Shown here: positions 48,527 to 58,417 of the stretch, in pieces
How the letters are laid out: each line of letters begins with the position of its first letter
How positions within the stretch are numbered: the stretch's first letter is position 1
Assembly: GCA_026936335.1 (NCBI GenBank)
Contig: JAPMXV010000008.1
Location: forward strand, 278,177 to 342,176
Length of the DNA: 64,000 nt
DNA from: Mantamonas sphyraenae STR306
Lineage: Eukaryota > Protista > CRuMs
Direction: 5' to 3'
The notes under the pieces: model-generated
What the model saw: the letters and a program-made list of their open reading frames with translations, nothing else
Database searches by the model: none
Told to the model about the DNA's origin: nothing
Position numbers and translations under genes: made by a program

Positions 48527-49684
48527 TTACTCCTCATCGCGCTTCCTGCGGCGCTTGCCCTTGACCTTCTCTGTGTTGTGCAGCTTCTTGAGGCGGTTCT
48601 TGCGCTCCTTGCGCTGCTTGCGCGACACGTCCGAGGCCGGCTTCTCCAGGCCCTTGAGACGCAGACGGTGCTTCGGCTCAATGTCCACCATCTTCTTCGT
48701 GTTGTCATAGATATACCCGAATCCCGTCGAGCGGCCACCTCCGTACACCGTCTTGAAGCCAAACAGCACGATGTTGTTCGGGTCCTGCACGCGGTAGGTC
48801 TTGGCAATGCGCTCAGCCAGGTCGGCCTTGGACACGTTGGCGCGACCGGGGTGCACCACCTCCAGCACCTGTGATCGTTCGGGTAGATGGTGTGTGTGTA
48901 GAGTGTGGGAGCAAGGCGTGTGTGTCAGTGTTCTGCCTTCTGCTGCTGCTGCCAGTGCGTGTGTGTGTTTCCTCAGCGTCCCGCAGCTTGCATTTCCTCC
49001 GCCACCTGCTCTGCCGCCTCTTTCTCGCCCAACCGTCCCACACATGCACTCGCCAAACACACACCCATGGTGTCACGCATGCATACGCCGCCTGCCATGT
49101 CTGGGCCTTGCCTGTTTGTCGCCCCAGCTCGCTGTGACGCGTTTTGGCAGCTTGGCCAGGAGGGCCAAAAAGCCTCGATTTGTGCACTTTCAGCACACAA
49201 CCGCGCCTCTCCTGCACGCACACACCCTCATGCGAGCACACACGTGCTCTCATGCGTCCCCCTCTTGTACATGCAGCATTGGATGGACACTCCCTTGCGC
49301 CCTGCTTGCCCATGTGCTGCCCCACGCCAGCCACAGCCGCTGCGCCCGCTCGTGAAAAATTGCATGCACCTGCTCTCCCCGCGCCCTCTCTCGACACACA
49401 CGCTGTATGTTGGCCACATCCACCCAGCCCACGTGTGCCATGTGCACCCACTGCGCTTGCATCGCGTCTCGTGTAGATGCACTGTGTCCACGTCGGGCTA
49501 GGGCGCTTGCCGTTTGGCCCACAATCACAGCGCGTGTGTGCGCAATCTCCCGCTCCTTTCTCGTTTCGCACACAAGACGCAGCAAGTACGTGTGTCACTC
49601 GACGTGCAAACTCACAAACTGGCGCCTGCTCAGCAGACGGTTGGTCATGAAACGACGCAGAGTGAGCGTGTAGCTGTCCGACAT
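48527..49684 (-). CDS. RPS24: 40S ribosomal protein eS24 (copy 2)
   Basis: Exons appear identical to copy 1; the intron carries several substitutions. Confidence 0.96.
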
Positions 49685-49740
49685 CCTTTGTTCTCGCAAT
49701 TCAGGTTGGGTGCCGCGACGCACAGTGCACTTTTTGGCCT

Positions 49741-52245
49741 CTACGCCGATTGCATGGTCACAGCAGCGCTACCCTTGTTGTTGGACTTGTAGACGCCGAG
49801 AAGGTGGGGCATGCGAGCGTAGAGAGATGGGCGATGAGAGATAAAGAGGAACTGGGCAGCGTCGGCGTGCTCGTGCAGCCATGTGGCCATGCGTGAGACA
49901 ACGTGGCGGTCTAAACTGGCGTCCACTTCGTCGAGAATGAAGAGAGGGCAAGGCGAGGCGCTTTGGAGGGAGAGCAGGAGGCTGATGGCAACGAGTGCGC
50001 GTTGGCCTCCGCTCAGCTGATGGACGTCTTTCCAGCCGTCATGGACGTTGGACTGCATGCGGACGTAGACGCCGTGCTGGAACAACCCCACAGGGTCGGC
50101 GACATATTGGAACTGGACCTGCATGCCAGCACTGAGGAAGCCAAAGACGCGCTCGAGATGGGCGGTCTGCGTGGCCAATCCAGAGTGGAACATGGCAAAC
50201 CGTTGTTGTGCGAGCTGTTCGGCAGCGTGAAGCCACTCGTGCATACTCTTGGCCAGAGTGCGCTTGTCCTTCTGCCTCTGTGTGTGTTGTGCATCGAGTT
50301 CAGCTGCTTTGCGAACGCAGTCGCGGTCGACCGAGACATCCAGGGCATCGTGCGCTCGTTTGCAGCTGCGCAATTGGCCGCTGAGAGAGGCACAGAGACT
50401 TGCAAGCTCTCCGCTTGGCAAATCTGGGTGTGTATCCACCGCGAGCTGGTCGATCTGCTCGAGGTTGGACGTGGTGTGGGACACCTGGCGTCGCAGCTGG
50501 GAGACCATGTGCTTTGCCGTGGCTCGGGTGCGCTCTTGTTCGTCGTGGCGGTGATCGAGCTGTCGCAGCTGCTTGCGCATTCGTGTAGCTTGATCTCTGG
50601 CCTTGCGCAGGTCGCGGTGCAGGAGTTTTTCTTTGGGATCGAGAGCAGCCGTAAGCTGGGACAAATCGGCCTGAAGGGCGTCGAGCTGCGCTGTGGAGTC
50701 CACTTGAAGTGTGTTGTGGTTGTGTACGCTGCTGAGACTCTTGGTGACGGCTCCGTTCCAGCGAAAGATCTCGCCAGCAAGCGTGACAAGGTTGAGGCGC
50801 GTGTGTGGGTGCTCGTGCATCCAAAGAGCGGCTGAATGTGCAGTGTCGACGATTGCCCAGGTGTGAGTGTGGCCGGAGATGACTGCGTGGAGCTTGGGGT
50901 CAAAGGATAGGGCGTCGATGAGAGCGATGCCTGTGCTGGAGTCGAGGAGTGTTCCGAGGCTTCGGAGATGATGTCGCAGCATACCCAGCCCAAGTTTTGG
51001 CGCTTGTGGTCGCGGATGAGTTGCAGGGCGTCTTGACGGGTGCGAACGACGACGTGGTGACGGAGCTGCTTGTGCAGTACGGCGTGGACGGCGCACTGGT
51101 ACTGAGAGTCGGTCACACGGACCAACTGAGACCAAGGACCGGTGCAGGTGGAGCGGTACGTGCTGCGCTTGCGCTTGAGTGCGCGGATCTGAGATTGAAG
51201 GCGACGGATGTCTGCCGCGTTTGTTGAGGCAAGCTGGCTTTGCTTGAGCGAGTTGATGTGTTGCTCCACACGCTGGAGATCGCTTTGCAAGGCGTTCTTT
51301 TCTGTGTGGATGCCTTTGAGCTCCGCAGAGGCTTCGTGAAGGGCGTCGGTTTGTTTGCGCAGGTCGGTTTGTTCAGCCGCGAGCTGCTGGGCCAGATCGA
51401 CTCTGCGCCTGGCGCGGATGGAAGCCTGCACGGCTTCCGTGTCGTCACGGAGGTTGTTCAACTGTGTGCATAGATTTTCGAGGCGATGGAGGTCGTCGAG
51501 CTGTGCTTGGATGGCGGTTGTCTGCTTCTCATGTTCGCGATCGGCGAGTTCGAGCTGCTGGAGAGATGTGCGTGCCTGGGCGGCTTGCTCGGAGGCTTGG
51601 AGGGCTTGGTCGTAGAGTGTGCGTGTACCAAGGCATCGTTCCAAGAGATCGAGGGTGCGGAGCGGGTCAGAGAGCTGGGCGGCGGCATCGGCGCTTTGGA
51701 GGATGACGAAGCGATCGGGGTGTTGCATGTCGATGTTCATGTCAAAGAGAAGGGCGTGGATGTGCGACAGGGAGCAGGAGTCGAGGTGGACATCAAAGTC
51801 GTCAAACTCGGGATGGTCGGCAAACAGCAGGTCAGCGGAGGCACATTGGGAGCGGCGGCGATGAATAGAGCGTCGCAGAAGGAGGAGACGATGCTCGCAG
51901 ACGATGCGAAGAGTGACAGAGGCGCCCTCGGAGGCTGGGCGAGGGTGTCAGGATCTATGGAAAGTGAGCGATGGATGCGGGGAATTGGAGCAAACGCACG
52001 GGTGGCGAGGGAGCGATGTCCCAAGGCAAAGCAGATGGCTGTGGGAGGATTGGCGGAGTGTGTGAGCTGCCGCAGTGTTGGCCATGTGTTGGCGGATAGG
52101 ACATTTGGCAACCTTGGACGAGTGTGCTCTTGCCTGCGCCGTTTGCACCGACGACACAGTTGATGGAAGAAGACAAGGGGCCAATGGTGTGGGGAGATGT
52201 GAACGAGGCAAAGGCATGAATGTGAACAGAGTGGAGGTGTGTCAT
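49741..52245 (-). CDS. Divergent short-armed SMC-family ATPase with apparent frameshift near 50935
   Basis: Walker A VVGANGAGKS; AICFALG; Q-loop FVILQS; hinge-like GPWSQLVRV...YQCAVHAVL...HVVV; signature LSGGQ; Walker B FILDEVDASLD; ISHR; introns ~52112-52040 and ~51999-51935. Confidence 0.82.
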
Positions 52246-53783
52246 TTAGATGGCCGCGTCTGCGATTTGCTGCAACACGCGGGCGTGCTGGTGGAGAACG
52301 TGCGCGTTCTCGCCGCCTATGCCTTCGATGAGAGCAGAAAAGGGAGAGGCGCCGTTCTCGACCTGAGTCTTGAGCTGGTCGTAGGCGGTGATGTCGATGC
52401 GTGCCAGTTGCATGTCGACAGACATGCTTGTGACCCAGGTTTCCGCAACGGGGTTCAGGTTCCAGCGCTTGTTGAGCTTTGCCTCGAGGTCGCGCATGTG
52501 TGCAGCGCCATAGAGAATGGCTACGCTGGGTTCGTAGATGCGTTCGTTCTGCCAGAGCTGCTGCCATTCGGGGAGGAGGCGCTCGATGTCCGCGATGACA
52601 ATGTCGTTGCGCTGGTCGATCATGACCTTGTAGACGGGTGCAACGTGCTTCTTGTTGTGGACTGCCTCGAGGGCAAGCATGAGGCCGAGCTTGAGGCGTT
52701 CACGCTGGTCGAGGTGGCCCTCGACTTGGTCGATGAGGTTGTGTACTTTGCTGAGGGGCTCGCCAAAGACGGTGGTGGGCTGGTCGATGCTCTGGCGGTT
52801 GGACTCGACAAGGGCTGCGCCGAGAGAGGTCATGTCTGTGTCTGAGTTGACAAAGTGGCCCTGGGTGTAGTCCATGCTGGTGACCTGGAACGCGAGGTCG
52901 AGGGCCTTGGCCAAGCGGACCTGAGCGACGGCGACACTCTGGGTAGCCTTGATAAAGGCAAACGAGAGGTCTGTGTTGTTTCCTGTGCCGCCTGGGAGGC
53001 CGTCCTGTCCGTAGGAGAGGAGGTTGAAGGTGGCGTTGCTGTGGCTGTACACAAAGGGGCGCCCCCAGGCGTCGTCAAAGATCACTTCCATGCGCTCTTC
53101 CCACATGGGCATCTCGCGGACGCGTTGTTCAAAGTCGTCAAAGGTGGCGGGCAGTGATTCGTCGGGGTGTTCGACCATGCGCTCTGCAAAATCGCCGAGG
53201 ACGAGGAGGCGAGCGAGGGTGATTTGTACAGCACGCTGAGAGGAGAGGGAAGGGGCATTGGGTCAGTGGCAGGGGCGGGAGAGTGGAGAAGGAACGGGTG
53301 GGGTGGACGTACGGATTCGTGGGGCTGGACAAGCTCGTAGAGAACGAGGTCCTGGTCGTTGAGCATGGTTTGCAGATAGCCGTAAGCCTCTGGTTCTGCA
53401 ATGTGCGTGGAGGCGGCGAGCACATAGGTGGGCCCGGCGCCTGTCTTTACGTTGCGGTAGGTGCGTGCGGCGAGCTGGAGCTTGATGGTGCTTCCCTGGC
53501 GCTTGACGCGGATTGCGGGCTTGCCGAGGCCCATATGGCAACGGGAGAACAAAATGGCGTCGGAAGGCATGCGTTCCTTGACAATCTCTTCGGAAACGCG
53601 AAGGAAAGAGAGAGCGAGGGCGGCGGAAACGACAATGGCGGTGGCGACGACGGTGATCATGATTTTCTGTGTGGAGGTGAGGCTGGAGGCAGCGTTGAGG
53701 CGGGAGTAGCCTCGGGTGCGCCTGTTGATGGAGAACTGCCGGGTGGTCGGGTAGGCTTGGCCGACGTCGGCGTCGGAGTGCAT
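52246..53783 (-). CDS. Membrane-anchored TraB/GumN-like protein with an inserted GspG (T2SS pseudopilin) C-terminal motif
   Basis: N-terminal TM; STHIAEPEAYGYLQ...DLVLYELV; DAWGRPFVY...LLSYGQDGLPGGTGNNTDL; RNDIVI...VAILYGAAHM; phase-0 intron ~53311-53237. Confidence 0.7.
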
Positions 53784-53838
53784 GGGCGGGGAAGCGGGGA
53801 AAGGTGTGGGGTGGTCGGGGCGGAAGTGCGCGGGAGGA

Positions 53839-53870
53839 GGCAAGAGGCAAGAGGCAAGAGGCAAGGGCAA
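53839..53870. repeat. (GGCAAGA)n tandem repeat in a 92-bp divergent intergenic region
   Basis: ggcaaga x3 plus two degenerate units between the ATGs at 53783(-) and 53876(+). Confidence 0.8.
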
Positions 53871-53875
53871 CAAGG

Positions 53876-54871
53876 ATGAGCGAACGAGAGGAGGACAAAG
53901 GAAAGCAAGAGAGTGGGAGGAAGAGGGAGGGGAGGCTGGCAAAGTTCCAGTTTGACAACTTTGAGGAGATCAAGAAGGAAGGTCGGAGCAAGTGTGCTGG
54001 GTGCGGGTCGATGCGCAACCGGTACTGCTGGAAGTGCCTGAAGCTCGTGGGCAACGTGTCGTTGTACCCAGAGGTGCGGCTGCCGCTGCCTCTGCACATT
54101 GTGCACCACCCGAAGGAGCTACTTTCGAAAAGCACGATTCCGCATGCTCTGGCGCTGAGCAAGGACGTGACGCTGCACGAGTACGGGCAAGAGACGTTGG
54201 AATTTGATGCAGAGTCGACGGTGCTTCTGTACCCGAGCGAGGAAGCGGTGGAGGTGGAGGAGGTGGACCTGGCGCGGGTCAAGAGGATTGTGGTGATTGA
54301 TGCGACGTGGACATTGGCCAAGAAGGTGGCGCGGGACCCTGTGTTGCAAGCACTGCCTGCAGTGAAGCTTGGGTCACAGTACCAGACGCTGTTCTGGCGG
54401 TTTCAGGACATGGGAAAGCAGTTTCTGGCAACGATTGAGGCGATCTACTACCTGTACAAGGAGTACACGCGTGCGTGGGAGGCACGGGAAGGCAAGACGT
54501 GGGACAGCAACCTGGACAACCTGTTGGTGCTGTTTGCAGCGCAGTACTGCAAGATTCAGGAGACGTACAGGTCGAAGAAGCGAGCGTTTTCGACGATTGA
54601 AGGGTATGTGGAGTATTCTGAGGATGAGCTGGCACATATGGATGTTGCGGACATGAAGATGAGGAGGAAGCGGGTGGCACATCTGCTGCACAAGGAGAAC
54701 ATGGAGAAAAGGAAGCAAGAGCACAAGCGGCAAAAGGCGATGGAGAGGGCTGCGAAGAAGGAGAGGGAGGAGAGAGAGGAGAGGGAAGTGGGAGAAGAGA
54801 TGGAGGGGGGCGTTGGCGTAGAGAAGGTGACGGGGGCCGGGGAGGTCGGGAGCGCGAGTGGAAGCAAGTGA
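53876..54871 (+). CDS. DTWD1: tRNA-uridine aminocarboxypropyltransferase (DTW domain)
   Basis: CxxC...YCWKC zinc motif, HPKE..SKST, LLYPS, VIDATW, TLFWR, LATIEAIY, DNLL. Confidence 0.9.
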   Translation: MSEREEDKGKQESGRKREGRLAKFQFDNFEEIKKEGRSKCAGCGSMRNRYCWKCLKLVGNVSLYPEVRLPLPLHIVHHPKELLSKSTIPHALALSKDVTLHEYGQETLEFDAESTVLLYPSEEAVEVEEVDLARVKRIVVIDATWTLAKKVARDPVLQALPAVKLGSQYQTLFWRFQDMGKQFLATIEAIYYLYKEYTRAWEAREGKTWDSNLDNLLVLFAAQYCKIQETYRSKKRAFSTIEGYVEYSEDELAHMDVADMKMRRKRVAHLLHKENMEKRKQEHKRQKAMERAAKKEREEREEREVGEEMEGGVGVEKVTGAGEVGSASGSK

Positions 54872-54874
54872 AAG

Positions 54875-57862
54875 ATGAACGCACCAAGAGTTCGACGATT
54901 CGTGGCGCGTCGCACCGCATGGTACATGAGGCCGGGTCTGAAGGCGGATTTGTGGATCCATGACCTGTTCTTCCGGCATGCGCTGCGCGTAGGGGAGCGG
55001 CCAATGGTGTTTTTGGCGGTGTCGCTGGTGCTCGTTTGTCTGCCGTTGGTGTACATGCCACAGATGCTGAACCTGCCCAGCAGTCCATCGGAGCTGCTGA
55101 CGGACTTTTCGTCGGGCGCATACACCGGAGCGAGGATGTTTGGACGCTCCCGGCAAGCTGTTCTGCTGGCGACACGGAATGCAGCGTTTCTGGGGGCCCA
55201 GCGTGACGGGATGCCAGGGAATGGGATGGATGTGCGGGTGTTGGATGCAATGTGGGACGCACGTCAAGTGGTGATGGAGACAAAGCATGTGTTTGCAGAT
55301 GGGACGAGCAAAACGTGGTCGGGAGATTTTTGCGCAACGAGGACGCCCGCCGAATTGAGGCAGCTGGGAGAGAAACAAATGGCACGGCGAGGGAGCAGTG
55401 CAGAGTGTGTGGAAACGTCGATTCTGAACGTTTGGGCGTCTCGCGCAGCCTACAGCAACGATACGGACCCGCTGGGAACGTTGAGAAGGTCCGTCTTTGG
55501 AAACGGCACGCGGGTCCGCTTTGCAAGTGGAGGGAGCGAACAGCTGAACAGACTGGCGTCCGGCGTGGCGTGGAACTCAAACGGGGAGCTGGCAAGCGTG
55601 CGCGTGTGGAGGTCGCTGTTTGCATTGGCAGAGGTGAGTTTTGAAAAAGTGAGAAAGAAGGAAACGAGATGGAAGGTTGGAGAAGGTTTTCCAGACACGC
55701 GCTGACAAAACGGCCGCAGGTTCCTGACGACGAGGCGTACAATGACTTTGCGATGGAATTGCCCAAGTGGCTGTACGACGTGGAGAAAGCGGTGGAACCT
55801 GTGGGAGAAGGCGCAGGCGTGGGCATTCTGGTTGGAGCAGACGTGAGTTTTGGTGGTGCGGGGGCCCCAAAGAAGGAAATGCTGACACGGACGCGCGAAG
55901 TTTGAGCAATATCAAGTGGGAAGCGTGCTGTTAGACTTTATCGTGTACGTGACTGGGGTCATTGTGTACTGCGCGGCAGTGGGAATCCGGTGCAAGCGGG
56001 GCGGGCACACGGTTGTGTTCTTGGCAGGCGTTGCGTCGGCGGCGCTGAGCGCCGGGTGCGCGGCTGGCCTCTACGTGGCGGCGGGGTATGAAGGCCACAC
56101 ACTGGTGTTGTACGGCGCTGGTGTGGTGGTGGCCATTGGGATTGACGACGTTTTCATCATGTTGTCCAGCGTGTCGCGTGTGGTGGACAACAACCCGACA
56201 CGACGCCTCGCACGCGGGATCTCCGAGTCGGGCACGGCGATTTTGATGACGACGCTGACGGATGTGCTGGTGTTTGGTGTGCCCATCATCATGGCGGGGT
56301 CGTCGCCACATGTGGTGAACATGGGCTTGTTTGTGACGTTGGGGTTGGTGATCGATTTTGTGACGCAGATGACGTTTGTTGTGGCAGTGATGTTTGTTCA
56401 GCTGAAGCGTGCCGAGCATGACATCGAGTCGCAAATCAAGATGCATGCCCAGCGGACAACCGGGGTGGTCGAGGTGGAAGCGCTGGGCACGGAAAACACA
56501 GCGACGGCGACGCAAAGAGAGTCGCCGAGGGTGGTGCAGGTGCAATCCAAGGTGCTGTCGGAGAACGGGAGCCAGGTGGAGTTGGAAGACGACGATGAGC
56601 TGATGGAACAAGACGACAGCTGGCTGTCGCACGTGATGGCGACGCATTACGTGCACTGGGTGCAACAGAGGTGGTTCCACGTGGCGGCGCTTCTGCTGCT
56701 GGTTGTGTTTCTCGCAGGCAGTGTGCACACCCTGGTTGTGAGCCCTGTGGTGGCGGTGAACGATTTGGACATGGTGAAGTGGGATGCAACGCCGCTGCTG
56801 CGGTCGCGGGACATCGAACTGAAGGAGTTTGGGCCGAGCGCCATGGTGATGAAGGAGCATCTGTTGGTGTTGCAGGAGACTCGATACTGGGAAGCAAACA
56901 CTCAGAGCGCACTGTCGAGCCTGTGCAGGCGTGTGGAGGCGTCGGGGAGGGAGGATGTGGCGTGCTGGTGGAGCGCGTTTGTGCAGTGGCTGAATGGGAG
57001 CGCCGTGGCGTCGGACGAGAGCGGGTTCGGGGCACAGGTGAAGCAATTTCTGGAGGTGCAGAAGTGGGCGCGCAACAAGGTGATGTGGACGGCGGACGGG
57101 AAGCGAGTGGTGGGATCGCGACTGAGCTGGACATCTGGGTACGACGCATGGGTCAACGGCACACTGGATGGATATGCATCGATCAAAGCGGTTCTGTTGG
57201 ATAAAATGACGGCGGAGGAGAAGCGATTGAGCAAGTACGACTCGATCCACGTGCAAACCGCGCTGTCGGCGGTGGAAGGGGCGGACCAGCTGTTGCTGAA
57301 CAGCGTGGTCAGCGGTCTGCTGGTGACAGCCGTGAGCATGGTGCTGCTGGTGAACCCGCTGACGAGTCTGCTGGTGCTGGTATCGATGTGGTCGACGGCG
57401 CTGTGTTTGTACGCTTCGTTTTACTTTCTGCCGATGATCAACGTCAACCTGACGGTGATCTTCTTTGGCACGTTTGCGGTTGGGTTCGGCGTGGACGCGA
57501 CGGCTCATGTTGTGCACCACTTTAATGTGACTGCAGGGACGGTGCACGAGCGCCTGCGGTTGACATTTGCTGCTGTGGGTGGCTCTGTGATCCACGGCGG
57601 AATGACGACGGTGATGTCGTTGGTCGTCCTGTGTTTCATCTCGCATCGAGCGGTGGCGTTGGTGACGTTTCTGGTGTTTATTCTGTCGACATTGCTTTCG
57701 CTGGCGCTGGCGTTGGTGTTGGCGCCTGTGGTGTTGCAGATTGTGACGCCGCCGCCGGCGCTGCGGGATTTGCAGATGCACACGTCGATCAAGGAGAGGG
57801 AGAAGAGGAGACTGGAGAGGATAGGGATGAAGTATGTGGGTGATGTGGGTGCGCCGCAATGA
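54875..57862 (+). CDS. Patched/NPC1-like sterol-sensing RND transporter
   Basis: Two TM bundles; AIGIDDVF (TM4), GTAILMTTLTD, VGFGVDATAH (TM10), GGSVIHGGMTT; introns ~55634-55720 and ~55842-55900. Confidence 0.85.
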
Positions 57863-58417
57863 ATGGTGCGCAAGCAGGACAAACACAATTGGCGAATTGG
57901 AGAGATGGACCGAAACGGTAGGTGCAGTGTCGGCCCCTGACCTCCTCACGGCGATCCTTGCCGGTGTAGCACCCCTCCCCACCCACCCAATCACCCTCGG
58001 CAATGTGGTTGGTGGGTGTGCTGCGGCTGTGTTCAACCAGCTGCTCCGTTTTGGCGGGAGGAAGGAAGCCAGGTTGCGCCAAGACAAGGCGGCGAGGGTC
58101 GTCGTGCTGCCCCCGTGCACCACAGCAGGCAAATGGTGGGCGATCAATCCAGTGTCTCACTGTGGGATGCGTAGGAAGGCGCATCGGACAGTCAGCAAAC
58201 AATGGGACGTCGGGGCTGGGAGGGGAAGGGTCTTGGGTGGCGCAGTGGCAGCAGGCAAACGCCTCTAACAACCGGCACATTCTCACAGAGTCTGAATCTG
58301 AAGGTAGGCAGAGTGGGTGGTCAGAGAACGTGCTGGAGGGACTGTAGATGGAGAGGGGGTGGGGGGGGGGGAAGGAGGGTAGCGCATACAGTGCTCACAA
58401 CGGGCAAAGCAGACGAT

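Larger units (their letters stand above)
47374..49724. repeat. Segmental duplication, copy 2
   Basis: Direct repeat of 32628-34973. Confidence 0.97.

Noticed and set aside
52243-52248. Reassigned stop codons (alternative genetic code) explaining in-frame junctions
   Set aside because: TAA, TAG and TGA all terminate conserved genes at expected positions (RPS24 TAA, PDSS1 TAG, OSGEP TGA) and there are no internal stops in conserved exons
49741-53783. Bacterial contaminant or chimeric contig
   Set aside because: Both genes have frame-restoring spliceosomal introns and the same composition as the flanking eukaryotic genes
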